This document shows, piece after piece, positions 11,051 through 24,365 of a stretch of DNA of 64,000 bases (its first letter is position 1; every line of letters begins with the position of its first letter). A model generated the notes under the pieces. It had not been told where the DNA came from. It saw only the letters and a program-made list of their open reading frames with translations, and ran no database searches. Source of the DNA: Octopus sinensis (Eukaryota); the NCBI RefSeq assembly GCF_006345805.1, contig NC_043001.1, forward strand, positions 13,826,001 to 13,890,000, in the 5' to 3' direction. A program made the translations under genes and the position numbers.

Positions 11051-13544
11051 ATATATGATATATATATATATATATATATATATAATCTGTATGTGAACTT
11101 TAGTGTCGTTATAGTGAATCATTTTATTTCTTTCGAGTCTCTGCACTCGGAAAGCAATTACCTGCGAAGTCAACATACTTATTTGCCATTTTTTTCGGTG
11201 TAGGTAAAAAGGTGTGAAACACACGATTCTTGCGGTGGCAGTCGGTATGGCAAGCGGCATATGTTCTAATTCTTACATACAGATTTCCTAAACTAAATTC
11301 ATCAGCGATAAACAGTGAGACTCCAGACAGATTGCGACAGGGACATAGCGTTAATAATCTGGAAATCTGATTGACAGACAAACAGACAGACGGACAGATG
11401 GATGGATGGATGGATGAATGAAAAACACATAAATATATATATTATAAAACTGAAGAAAATGTTTTGAGAAAATATTTGCTTTTTTTTATCAAATTATGCT
11501 ATCGGTTTCCATTGTTGTACAAAATGATTTATTCATGTTGTAAGAGAAGGTAAAATAAAGTCAAATATATTAAATTATATTAACTGTTTAGTGATATAAG
11601 ATCTGGAAATTGCATTACGTTTCTCACAAAGTTCACAGAGCTGTGAGTTGTTCATAGTTCATGCTCAATGTAGGGTGTGTTGTGAGGCTTCTGAATTTAT
11701 CTAGATTTGGCAAACACAATTTGGTGGAGAAGCTCTCTTTACAACATCCTGATAATGGCTTCAATCGCAGTCCGTAGGATCTCGGCTGTACGTCTTCTAC
11801 CACTGCTTTAGATCTATTAAAGGTATGTGAATGGAACATGGTTGAGGTTAACTGAACATTCATAATCTATACGCGTGGTGTAAATTATTAATGTTCTGAG
11901 ATGATACGTTCAGCCTCGTTTAATGTAATCGCTCCAAATCTCCTTTTAGCCCATCTGTTGCTAAACTTCTAATATCCTCGGGCGACCAATTGCCTTATGA
12001 GCCCATCCTACATATACGTGTATGTACGTGTGCGTGCGTGTGTGTCTATGTATGTGTTTTAATGCCTGTGTTATTCCCTCCCACCGCTTGACAACCGGTA
12101 TTGTTTTATTAACGTTCACATAACAGCTTTTCAACAAAGTAGTCTTCTATTATATGCACTAGGCTAAAAACCATAAAAACAAATAGTTGTGCCGGGGTCC
12201 GATTTCTTTTCTTAAAACCCTTCAAGGCGGTGCTCCAGTGGGGCTGCAATTCAACGACTGAAACAAGTAAAAGATTAAAAAAGTGATATAGAACTTGTGA
12301 TTATGATTCTTTTCTGGGTGCGGTGTCTTCCTTTATATATGGAGAGAGAACAAATCTCAAATATCTTAGTGTTGTGATTTAACGCACTATACGACTTGAA
12401 CCAGCATACGCTATATCCAAAAGCATTCAAGACGTAACCACTCCGCTCCTACTAGACTAACCAATGCGTCCATTTTCTTCAAAGAAGCAATACGAACTTT
12501 GAGAGACATTTTACTGCTGTATCTCATAAAATGAACGATTACATAGACACTTCTTCATTGTTTCAATTATAATTTATAAATTTCATGGACCGACATTCCG
12601 ATTTTTTTATTAAATAATGAAACAATATCTTTTATCATTTATATGAATTTTTCATTTATTTTCCATAATAACTTGGACATGTTTGTGTTTTTCAGCCGTT
12701 GTGATTAAGATTAATGCTAGTTATATTCCTACAGTGTTTCGGGGCTTCTTTAATTTTATTTTATTCCAGATTCATCGAGATCTAAATACATTACCAAGCT
12801 AGTAATTTTTGGAACCAATTACGGCCACATGTGAAACAATTCATATTTCAATTTTTGTTTCTGTTTTTTTTTTTTTTGAGAAAATGTGAGTATGATATAA
12901 TTACGGAGACTTGGAAACAATTTGTTTGTGCAAGCGCAGTCGGTTGAAAACCTCGCATAACCGACGTCAGCATGAGTCAGGGTTCACCAGCAGAGAATGC
13001 GCACTTTTTCGATATCTTCTTCGCAGTGTACCGACCCTCGGCTGACTCATTCAGGATCATCATCACCATTCAAACTGTGGGGTGGTGTATGTGAGACTTG
13101 CCATATAGACAAACAGTTACCCGTCTCACATCCACCCATCATTTCTCCAACCAGGACTTCGTCATTCTTTTCCAACCAAATCAAATAGCTGGCCCTCAGG
13201 ACTGTTGCCTATATATTCATTATAAATACCGTCTGGCACATTCGAACGGGAATATCAGATTTGTCATTTTTCGCCACCGGAGAACACCTCTTTCATAGTC
13301 AATGTATGTCATTAACACACATCGCCAAACAGTATTCAGTGGTTTACCAGTGACAGGGGACTTCGTGACACCGCAGTGTTTTGACCACGATGTACGATTC
13401 CTCAGCCAAAAACTTCCCACCTATAAGCAGGAGCACGAGCACTTTTTTATAATAAGCAAACAGGTAATTTGCTGGTGCGTTCAGATGTCTGCCAAGTGGA
13501 TCAAAATTCATTGAATTCTGACAGTACAATAAGTATCTATATAA

Positions 13545-13980
13545 TAATCTTTTCTACTACACGCACAAAGCCTGTAATTTGGGGGGAGGGTCCAGTCGCA
13601 CAGATCTACCCCAATACGTAAGAGGTACGTAATTTATCGATCCCGAAACGATGAAAGCCAAAGTCGACCTCGGTGAAGTTTGAACTCAGAACATAAAGAC
13701 AGACGAAATAGTGCTAAGTATTTCGCCCGGCGTACTAAAATTTCTTATTTCTTTACTACCCACAAGGAGGTACACACAGAGGGGACAAACAAGGACAGAC
13801 AAACGGATTAAGTCGATTATATCGACCCCCAGTGCGTAACTGGTACTTATTTAATCGATCCCGAAAGGATGAAAGGCAAAGTCGGCCTCGGCGGAATTTG
13901 AACTCAGAACGTAACGGCAGGCGAAATGCCACTAAGCATTTCGCCCTGCGTACTAACGTATCTGCTAGCTCGCCGCCTTA
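13545..13980 (-). mobile_element. SINE family B dimer
   Basis: Reverse complement of family B consensus, two body units. Confidence 0.85.
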
Positions 13981-14896
13981 CTATCTATACAATAATGCAT
14001 CTGTTATCGTTGGTACGTCTTGACAGATTCGAACTTCAGGTCACTGATGTATTTTACCAACAAAAAGAATCTAACCCTTATTCCATCTTAAAGAAATTTA
14101 ATTGTATTTTTAAGAAGTGCAGACAATATATGCCAAGCATTTTATAATTAATGAAGTTCTATGCAAAATCTCCGTTCGTCGAGGAGTAAAATTGTCAGTG
14201 AGTTACATAATTAATTGAGTCTTTTTAAAAAATGCAGCAAATATTGAACTTTTTAATCCTCACTTATGAAATAAATAGTCGTATCAAATGGAAAGAAAAC
14301 GAACACTTTTTTCTACTTTCCTATCCTCCTCTCTAAATTATAAATAACGAAATACGATGTATGGAGTTGACACATCGATGTGGGGGGTCTCATAAAAGAT
14401 TTACATTAAAGACAATACAGATTTGTTTTTTCGTTTGGCTGTTTAATATCGATTACATTTTTGTCAATGTTTTCACAGGTGTTTTATTTTCAAAATCACT
14501 CATTGTTTTAGATATTACCATTGGTGAATATTTGATGTTAATGTTTTGAAAAGCTGACACATGTACGTCGAGTTAGCCGTCTAGCCTATCTTCACTAACC
14601 ACGTTCACCAACTGTCTAAATCTAATGTTGCTTTCTGTCATACGACACTATTATATTTTACAAAACATTAACAAATATTGACAAGGTTGATATGATGCAA
14701 AACTATAATTAAGTAAAAAGAAAAAAGGAAAAATTAATCAACTAAATTATTAATAATATGAAGTGTTTTTTAGTATTTTTTCCATATTGTCGATGTTTAT
14801 ATGATTCCAAGTAATTTGGAATGTCGAATTCATTGCACACAACTAATTCGTTCCCACAGTATAAAAAAAATTAAATAATTCATCTCTATTAGTATT

Positions 14897-15127
14897 TATT
14901 TTTTTACTACCCACAAGGGGCTAAACACAGAGGGGACAAACAAGGACAGACAAACGAATTAAGTCGATTATATCGACCCCAGTGCGTAACTGGTACTTAT
15001 TTAATCGACCCCGGAAGGATGAAAGGCAAAGTCGACCACGGCGGAATTTGAACTCAGAACGTAGCGACAGACGAAATACTAAGCATTTCGCCCGGCGCGC
15101 TAACGGTTCTGCCAGCCCGCCGCCTTA
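14897..15127 (-). mobile_element. SINE family B with TSD
   Basis: Flanked by attcatctctattagtatt duplication. Confidence 0.9.
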
Positions 15128-15656
15128 TTCATCTCTATTAGTATTGCACCACATCATATGTATGCAAATATATATGTATGTATGTGTGAATGCACGTATG
15201 TGTATACACGTGTGTGTGTAAAGGTAAGATCCAAGGATCAAGGCGTAGGAAGATAGTAAGTTTCGAGCAGTCCGTAGAATGTATATAAAACAACTTTCAG
15301 CAACAATCATGGTTTATTGAGGCAGAAGGTTGTAAATTTTTCCCGCTAAAACAATTATTTTGCAGCTTAAAGTTAAGAGGAGGTTTTGCTGTCTATGTGA
15401 ATAGAAATCCCAAATTAGGGAATCAAGTGGATCAAATTTTATCTACTCCATTCCCTAATGCATATTTGCTGAGACCCCCTTCGGTTATGAATGACCAAGG
15501 GATTGAACCTAGAAAGTTACCCTCCATGGCACAAGTCCGGACAAGGTTGTTTATGGAAGACCAGCAGTCGCCCAAACATACCAGCCTCTCCTCTCCACGC
15601 CACCAATGTTATATCAAAGAGAAAGGCAAAAATGCATATTTATATATGCATTTAAC

Positions 15657-16065
15657 CTATCCGACATAGAGCCATGCTTGAAATGTTATTTCTTCCCCTA
15701 TTTTTCCATCTAAAACTTTCATTTAGACCAGGGATGGTGAAAATCTCGCCCGCGGGAACAATTGCGCTCGTGAGACCATTTTATTGCGCCCGTAAGCTGA
15801 AGTAATCATATATACAAAATATACTCTTTACTCTTTTACTCGTTTCAGTCATTTGACTGCGGCCATGCTGGAGCACCGCCTTTAGTCGAGCAAATCGACC
15901 CCGGGACTTATTCTTTGTAAGCCCAGTACTTATTCTATCGGTCTCTTTTGCCGAACCGCTAAGTGACGGGGACGTAAACACACCAGCACCGGTTGTCAAG
16001 CAATGCTAGGGGGACAAACACAGACACACAAACACACACACATACATATATATATGTATACATAT
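15657..16065. repeat. ~400-bp near-identical local duplication of 19765-20190 (flank plus SINE A 3' half)
   Basis: ctatccgacatagagccatgcttgaaatg...tacaaaatatactcttttac followed by the SINE A tail at both sites. Confidence 0.9.
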
Positions 16066-16241
16066 TACGGTGAAAAAAATTTATATACACAGATATATGA
16101 CCTAAGTTCGACCCCTTATTCGCATAATCACCGAATCTGGAACTTAACTATGGTCCATCCATAGGAATTATTCAACATTACCTGACACCTTTGGATCTCA
16201 CTGACACCACTACCTCTCATAACTCCCTCTCTATTTCTCTA

Positions 16242-16290
<49 letters not shown>

Positions 16291-16790
16291 TATATATATA
16301 TATATAATATATATATATATACGCACACATATGCATATGTATATATTCTATTCTTTCATTTGTTTCAGTCATTTGACTGCGGACATACTGGAGCTCCACC
16401 TTTTAAAGTAAATGTAGTAGGATGGTGGTTCTTGTACCCTTAAAGTGGTTGCCGTTTTAAAGAGATTGATATTTTATTTCTTTACACTGTTGATTTGTTC
16501 TTCATGGTTGGTTACACGTATGATTCTCCTTAGCTGGACACGAATATATGCGCGCGCGGGCACAAACACACACACACATTTATACATTCACATACATACA
16601 CATATATAAAATCTACAAACGCTCACGTATTGGGGGAAAATTTTTGGGGAAAATTTGCGGTTAAAATGTTCGAAAAATTTTGGGGTAGAATTTTCGGTGA
16701 AAATTTTAGGGGAAAATATTCGGTGAGAACTTTCGAAAAATTTTCGGGTAAAATTTTCGGTGAAAATTATCGAAAAATTTTGTGAAAATT

Positions 16791-16913
16791 GCCAAAATCA
16801 CAAAGTATGGAAGGCCAGCGGTGCCAAAATCACAAAGTATGGAAGGCCAGCGGTGCCAAAATCACAAAGTATGGAAAGCCAGCGGTGCCAAAATCACAAA
16901 GTATGGAAAGCCA
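16791..16913 (+). repeat. 32-bp tandem repeat, ~3.8 copies
   Basis: gccaaaatcacaaagtatggaa(g/a)gccagcggt starting at 16791, 16823, 16855 and 16887. Confidence 0.95.
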
Positions 16914-16939
16914 TTGGGGAAAATTTTACCCAAAACTTT

Positions 16940-17012
16940 ACGGCATGAATTTACGCTTGCATGGCTTAAGCTTTGAGACAAGCATATGACTTCTTGCAGG
17001 ATCAACCAGGTA
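16940..17012 (-). rRNA. 18S rRNA 5'-end fragment (non-functional orphon), preceded by GC-rich putative 5'ETS at 17013-17170
   Basis: Minus strand reads TACCTGGTTGATCCTGCAAGAAGTCATATGCTTGTCTCAAAGCTTAAGCCATGC, matching the universal eukaryotic 18S start with a few substitutions. Confidence 0.9.
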
Positions 17013-17794
17013 TCACCGACGACACACGTTTAAAAACGAAGCCCGGCAGTTCGGGAAGTAGCCGCCGCCAAGCGGAAAAAAGAAGACGAATCGGCGTGCC
17101 AAAATCTGAGGCGAGCGACTAGGGCTCGGCCGGTCGGCGGCTGTTCGTATACGCGCGTGCCTCCTCCGACGAAAAATTTTTAGGGAAAAGTTTAGGTGAA
17201 ATTTTTCGAAAAATGTTTGGGGAAAGTTATCGGTTCAAATTTTCGAAAAGTATTTGGAGAAAATTTTCGAAAAATTTTTTGGATAAAATTTTCAGTGAAA
17301 ATTTTCGAAAATTTTTTGGGTACAATTTTTAGAAAATTCTCACCGAAAATTTTCTGTGAAAATTTTCAAAAAATTTTTTGGTAAAATTTTCATTGAAAAT
17401 TTACGAAAAATTTTTGGGGAAAATTTTCGGTGAAAATTTTCGAAAAATTTTTGTGTAAAATTTTCGATGTACAAGGACCTATGTCAGAATATCACCCCAT
17501 AACCAGTGAAAAAGAGAATATCACTGACTAAGGTAAGTCCATGTCAAGTAAAATATGTTTTGTATGATTTTATTTCTGGACAAGGCCTACAAATATATGC
17601 TTAGTATAAAATATATGCTTAGTATAAAAATTTGAAATTCGATAAAATAGAATGGAAATTTGATTCGAAACGGCATGGAGGAAGGTGGTAAACAACTTTC
17701 TGGTTCAGAGAAGTAGTATGCGTTGTATAACTGCAGAGCAGATCGGTGAGCTAGAACTCAATCTGATAGTGGTTGCAATATGTTAGTGAACAGG

Positions 17795-18145
17795 CAAACA
17801 GGCAGAAACGATAGCACGCTGGGCGAAATGTCTAGCGGTATTTCGTCTGCCGCTACGTTCTGAGTTCAAATTCTGCCGAGGTTGACTTTACCTTTCATCA
17901 TTTCGGAGTCGATTAAATAAGTACCAGTTACGCACTGAGGTCGATATAATCGACTTAATCCGTTTGTCTGTCCTTGTTTGTCCCCTCTGTGTGTGTTTAG
18001 CCCCTTGTGGGTAGTAAAGAAATAGGTATTTCGTCTGTCTTTAAGTTCTCAGTTCAAATTCCGCCTAGGTCGACTTTGCCTTTCATTCTTGATAAATTAA
18101 GTACCAGTTCCGTACTGGGGCCTTGTGCCTAGAGTAGGAAATAAT
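17795..18145 (+). mobile_element. SINE family B dimer
   Basis: Family B consensus. Confidence 0.85.
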
Positions 18146-19930
18146 ATGTTAGCAAACAGTCTTTCGAATGATGCCTATTTATGGGTCTTTGTGAGTCGAG
18201 TTTGATATATTTTTCTCTTTGGTTGTAACATCAGTGATCTCAGAATATAAACGTTATTCCAAGAGTCTTAGGAAATATTCACATATGAGAATATTTCTTA
18301 TTCTGAATCTTGTGCCTTCCTATAATAACGGCATTGTGCTATTATTATTTTCTTAATTTATTTGTTTTTATTTATCAATTTGAAGTCAATGTATTTTAAA
18401 CATACTTGAAACTTTGTTCAGCTGCAATGTAAATACATCATCAAACATTTTCTCTAATTCTTTTTCATTTCGTTATTGTTGTATACTATAGATATTCTAA
18501 TATCCTACAGATATTGTATTATCTTACAAATATTACTTTCTCTCTTGATGGTATATATTTTAATAATCAACAGTATCTACCTAGCATGACGTTGGATATT
18601 ACTTTTTTTATACCATTTAATAATACCGCATGCGAGTCTACTGCTGACAAACGCTTATAAGTTTTAGAGAGCTTATATTTTCAATTAGATATTAAAATCT
18701 TCCTCTACTGTAAGTTAATTCAATAGAACAAAACGCCCGTATCCAAAATACGATATTCAGACAAAGAAAAAACTTTAACTGGTAGTTTAAGCTTCCGGAG
18801 GATTTTGTATATTAGTTTGAATACGAAGAATACGAGTAAACAATATCTGTTTTTATTTCGTTCTACTTTATTTTCTTTGAGAAAACCCGTTACATTGTGC
18901 ATATGTACTTAAGTAATTGAATATTGCAAACATCAAAACCACAATAAAAAAAAAGCTTAGCTATTCTGCCTTCCACTAAACTTTCATACAACGTTAACAT
19001 TAAACTAAATAACTATTTTGAAAATATTCGCGATTTTTATTTGGTTTTATTTATTTACGACTCAGAAAAATATAGGACCCATTGTTTCGGCTTTCGATGC
19101 AAGTTTAAACATTTAATTAGACCACTTCTAAAATATTATTTCATTTCAAAGCGTTATATATAATCAGTTTTCTTTGTATTTCTGTCATTTGTACAAAGCT
19201 TTGTTCCCTAAAAATTGTAAGCTATAGAACTTTTTCTCTGATAGAGGCATAATTTTTCCTTATCAACTATTTTAATGGTTTTCTGTCTACAGAATACGAA
19301 CCATTTTCGGAGATTAGCAGTCAGTTGTTATGAAAACGATAAAAGGAATGTTTTTATTTTTTCATAACGTTCATAAACTTTTGAATGTAAATATTCCTCT
19401 GTGTATGTAGATCTCTATAACAGTATATGTACAACGATTCACCATAAGCATGACTTTATGAACGTATGAAAATATGTACTTACGAATGCATTCATCTGTC
19501 TGATGTCTGTCTAAGTACATATCTATTTTTCAATCAATCAGTCTATATCTACTTATATCTATCTGTAGATAGATAGATAGATAGACAGATAGATAGAGAT
19601 ACGTGTGTGTCAGTACCTGTGAAAATTGTATTCGTTATGCTCAATGAATTGCGATCATATTGGGTCACAATGTTAGGTTAGTCGCATTTCTTTTCTCATT
19701 TACACAATTTGAGATATATATTCAGTCTATCTGCTTCTTCTTCTTTCTCTTTGGATTTTTTTCTCTATCCGACATAGAGCCATGCTTGAAATGTTATTTC
19801 ATCCCCTATTTTTCCATCTAAAACTTTCATTTAGACCAGGGATGGTGAAAATCTCGCCCGCGGGAACAATTGCGCTCGTGAGACCATTTTATTGCGCCCG
19901 TAAGCTGATGTAATCATATATACAAAATAT

Positions 19931-20147
19931 ACTCTTTACTCTTTTACTCTTTTACTTGTTTCAGTCATTTGACTGCGGCCATGCTGGAGCACCGCCTTTA
20001 GTCGAGCAAATCGACCCCGGGACTTATTCTTTGTAAGCCCAGTACTTATTCTATCGGTCTCTTTTGCCGAACCGCTAAGTGACGGGGACGTAAACACACC
20101 AGCACCGGTTGTCAAGCAATGCTAGGGGAACAAACACAGACACACAA

Positions 20148-20183
<36 letters not shown>

Positions 20184-20361
20184 GTATACATATATACGAC
20201 AGGCTTCTTTCAGTTTCCTTCTACCAAATCCACTAACAAGGCATTGGTCGGCCCGGGGCTATAGCAGAAGACACTTGCCCAAGATGCCACGCAGTGGGAC
20301 TGAACCCGGAACCATGTGGTTCGTAAACAAGCTACTTACCACACAGCCACTCCTGCGCCTA
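19931..20361 (-). mobile_element. SINE family A, full length
   Basis: Head taggcgcaggagtggctgtgtggtaagtagcttg...ggttccgggttcagtcccact, CORE-like atcttgggcaagtgtcttc, tail (gtaaaaga)n. Confidence 0.9.
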
Positions 20362-21418
20362 CTATAATAAATTTTTCAATTATAATAAATAAATTTTATA
20401 ATAAATTTTTCAATTATAAAATGTATACAATATTCGTATGCCTATTTGCGACATAGGTCCCGTTTCTACTACGACTTAAAACGGTTAGACTCGAACAGAA
20501 AACCGTCCGGTAATTGCCATTTGAATGGAAATTTTGTTATCACTATAAAACACATATTTATTTATTTCTGGTACACAGGGGACTAAACATAGAGGGGACA
20601 AACAAGGACAGACAAAGGGGTTAAGTCTATTACATCTACCCAAGTACGTAACTGATACTTAATTAATCAACCCCGAAAGGATGCAAGGCGAAGTCGACCT
20701 CGGCGGAATTTGAACTCAGAACGTAACGGCAGACGAATTACTGTAAAGCATTTCGCCCGGTGTGCTAACGTTTCTGCCACCTCACCGCCCTACTATAAAA
20801 CACATATTGCTATGCTTGTACCACCCCTTTGAAACCCAGCTACCCTCTAGCAGAAAAATATAGAATACCTCGTAAGAAATATAAACGTCCTTAATTAAGT
20901 GGCGGTACTAATGAAGACGTTACACGTTAATTTAATATCTTAAACTCATCTTCATTAATGTACATCAAATTTTACATAGATACACACAAGATTTACACAG
21001 ATATAAGATGTAGAAATTGTGACCAGCCCTCGGATCTTTCTCTTTGGAAATTTTTGACCGCCACACTAAAAATCCACCCCAACCCCGATTTAGACAGTTC
21101 CCGTCTAAATGACCTTTCTTGTTTTTCTTGTTTCTTTGTATTTTGAATTCTTATATATATATATATATATATATATATGTAGATAGATAGACCGTTAGAT
21201 GAATGGATGGATAGATAGATGTTTAGTGTCTATGTATATACACGAATATAACCGTTCAGTATTGACTCTCAAGAGAAAAGTCTACTCGATATCATTGTAG
21301 AGATTAATAATATTATATTTTCGTGGATTAAGTCTCTGCTTACTCTGAATTTTGCCTGTATCTGCACTTGGTTTTCAGACAAGTTTCAGCTAAATAAAAT
21401 AGTGTAATATGTACATTG

Positions 21419-21826
21419 ATAAGGCGGCGAGCTGGCAGAAACGTCAGCGCGCCGGGCGAAATGCTTAGCGGCATATCGCCTGCCGTTACGTTCTGAGTTC
21501 AAATTCTGCCGAGGTCGACTTTGTCTTTCATCCTTTCGGGGTCGATTAAATAAGTACCAGTTACACACTGGTGTCGATGTAATCGACTTAATCCGTTTGT
21601 CCTTGTTTGTCCACTCTAAGTTTATCCCCTTGTGGGTAATAAAGAAATAGGTATTTCGTCTGCCGCTACGTTCTGATTTCAAATTCCGCAGCGGTCGACT
21701 TTGCCTTTCATCATTTCGGGGTAGATTAAATAAGTACCAGTTACGCATTGGGATCGATGTAATCGACTTAATCCCTTTGTCCTTCCTTGTTTGTTCCCTC
21801 TATGTTTAGCCCCTGGTGGGCAATAA
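21419..21826 (+). mobile_element. SINE family B dimer (further copies at 20565-20790 -, 29245-29890 +, 30525-30960 -, 40584-41430 mixed, 48569-48987 +)
   Basis: Family B consensus. Confidence 0.85.
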
Positions 21827-22471
21827 ATTATATCCGGTCCCTATCGTAGGATATGAAGATGGGATGAAGAAGAAAAAGGAAAGGAGAATAGAAAGGAAAG
21901 AAGAAAGAAAGAAAGCACGACAGAAAGAGATAAAGATAACGAAAAAGTAGAAGGGGAGGAGGAAGAAGGAGGAGGAGAAATAAAGGGTGTGATGGAAGGT
22001 GGGTGTTAGAATGGTGGAAGAATTAAATGGGGAAAATATTTCAATTGAGTAACGAATGAGTATATGGATAAGCTTGGAACCAGTGACGAAAGAAACAGCG
22101 ATTACATTTAAATGTCGAGATAGACAAATGAATAAATGATAAACGATTATAGTTAGATGACAATTAAGATGAACAGAAGTAAAAAGCAAAAGCGACATGA
22201 AGAGGAGAGTGTGCTGATTTAGAGGAATGGTCAATTATCCAAAGGTACGTTGGAGGCAATTAAAGAAAATACAATTTTAAAAAACATCAGAGAAGTTAAA
22301 ACAATACAAATTAACCAGCTGCTATGGTTTTCCTATTGAAGTCTTTTACGTTCTGCTTTGAAACGTATCACAAATTGTTACCATTCTACAGAAAACTAAA
22401 ACCGTAGGCGGCGAACTAGCAATGTCGCAGAAAAATAGAACAAATGCTTTCTATTTTTCTAAATCTTCATC

Positions 22472-22872
22472 AGACACCTACCATACTCTGAGCGCCTTGT
22501 TTCCCTGGGCATGGATTCACTGAAGCTCCAGCGTCTGTCGATGGACTTTGTAAACACCCACAAAGTTATCAACCACCTCACCAACAACAACACTGAACAC
22601 CTTTTTGATCTCCATGTGTCCAACACACGTGGACATGCCTACAAAGTCAGAAAACAACACAGCTCCCATGACTTTCGGAAACATTTTTTCACGCTCAGAG
22701 TTGCTGAAGCATGGAATAAACTGCCTGCGTCAGTTGTTGACTGCCATGACACTGCATCCTTTAAGGCACTCATGCTTTCCGAAATCCGCCGAAACTACAC
22801 CTGATTATACATACACTTTAGATGAGTTGTAGTGCACCTGTACACAATGTTTTTATTATTATTATTGTTATT
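22472..22872 (+). mobile_element. CR1-type LINE, 5'-truncated 3' end of ORF2 plus (TTA)n tail
   Basis: Translation YSERLVSLGMDSLKLQRL...NTRGHAYKV...FRKHFFTLRVAEAWNKLP matches the typical CR1/L2 ORF2 C-terminus. Confidence 0.9.
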
Positions 22873-23779
22873 AAATCCCTCCGATGTGGAATTTTGCCAT
22901 TCTTCCTCTTTGGGTCTTTGGCGTCAGTAAAGAAATAAGAAATATTAGAACAGAGGTATCTACTAATACACAACGGAATCCTTATTTTGGTGCTTGTCTA
23001 TGTACTTGGGTATTCATGTAGTATACACGTACGTGTACATACCCCGATTTATTTCTGCATGTGTGTGTGTCTGTCTGTGTGTTTTTGTGTACGCATGTAT
23101 GTATGGGCATTTTATGTGTGCGTATATATATTTATTTGTATATGTTTGTATATACTCCTTTTATTTGTTTCAGTCATTTGATTGTGGCCACGCTGAAGCA
23201 CCGAAAGTTTTAATGCCCTTTATTATGTTTTTGTTATATGTATATATATATATATATATATAGTGTGCGTGTGTGAGAAAGAATAAGTCGTATGTGGAAA
23301 TTAAATTCTACTCTGAACTTATAACATCTCTTCATTTTCTAATTGTTAACAACATTTTACATAAGATTTTATCTTATACATGTCTATAGCGAACTTTCTA
23401 CTTATAGAGGGGTAGGTAGTTAGGTAGGTAGATAGATAGATAGATTATATATGTATGTGTGTCTGTATTTATCTATGCATATAATATATTACACTATGCC
23501 TCTAAGGTTGTATGTGTGTTGCCGGGTGTATGTATAAAGGAAATTAGAAATTAAGCAACCGATAAATGCGGAACGGGGAAAATAATTATTCGTAATCATA
23601 TGCAAATTTGCTGCAACACGATTAAATTTGCAGTAAATAGATAATTTAGCATAACAGACATTGTCAAATTTATGAGGAGTTAACATTGCTAAAATTTATA
23701 ATTTTGATGCGTGTATAATTTTGATTACATATGGTATTTTTGGAGGACATGTTTGTATCTTTCTTTGTATGCGTGTATC

Positions 23780-24303
23780 TATAACGTAAGTATGTATGTA
23801 TATATAAATATACATACATATACTTTTGTATTTTCTTTTCAATTCCTTTATATATATATATAACTGTATATGCATCTATGTATATCAACATATATAACAT
23901 ATATATACATACATGTAAATATATATATATATATACATGTAAATATATATATATATAACTGTATATGCATATATATATATATATATCAACATATATAACA
24001 TTTATATATATATATATACATGTAAATATATATATATATATATATACACAGGTAAATACATATATATATATATATATATATAAATGAAAGAACAAAAAGT
24101 CAAAAGTATGTGTATATATATATTGAGAGAGAGAGAGAGAGAGATCTTTGTTTGCATATGTATCTGTATATGTACATTGTGGATAAGTAGTTAAGTATGT
24201 ATATACGCGTGTGTATATACATAAATCTCTTGGGCACTTCGAAGTGTATTATATAACGAGAATAACTGTCTCTCATCTATAAACTGGATACATCTATATA
24301 TAT

Positions 24304-24362
<59 letters not shown>
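23780..24362. repeat. (TA)n-rich compound microsatellite
   Basis: Direct inspection. Confidence 0.9.

Positions 24363-24365
<3 letters not shown>

Larger units (their letters stand above)
16630..17466. repeat. Degenerate satellite built from the palindrome GAAAATTTTC, enclosing a 32-bp tandem repeat and an rDNA fragment
   Basis: gaaaattttcggtgaaaattttcgaaaaatttttggg-like units at 16630-16790 and 17171-17466. Confidence 0.85.

Noticed and set aside
12930-13530. Moderately GC-rich stretch with several short ORFs
   Set aside because: No recognisable domain and in-frame stops; cannot be assigned
13832-14023. Recurrent MRNWYLFNRPRKDERQSRPRRNLNSERN and MFQSFDCGHAGAPP peptides that look like gene families
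   Set aside because: Antisense translations of SINE families B and A
16791-16913. 32-bp repeats as a possible CRISPR array
   Set aside because: Head-to-tail repeats with no spacers, eukaryotic context, no cas genes
21806-22234. 142-aa hydrophobic ORF resembling a membrane protein
   Set aside because: Derived from a low-complexity GA-rich tract
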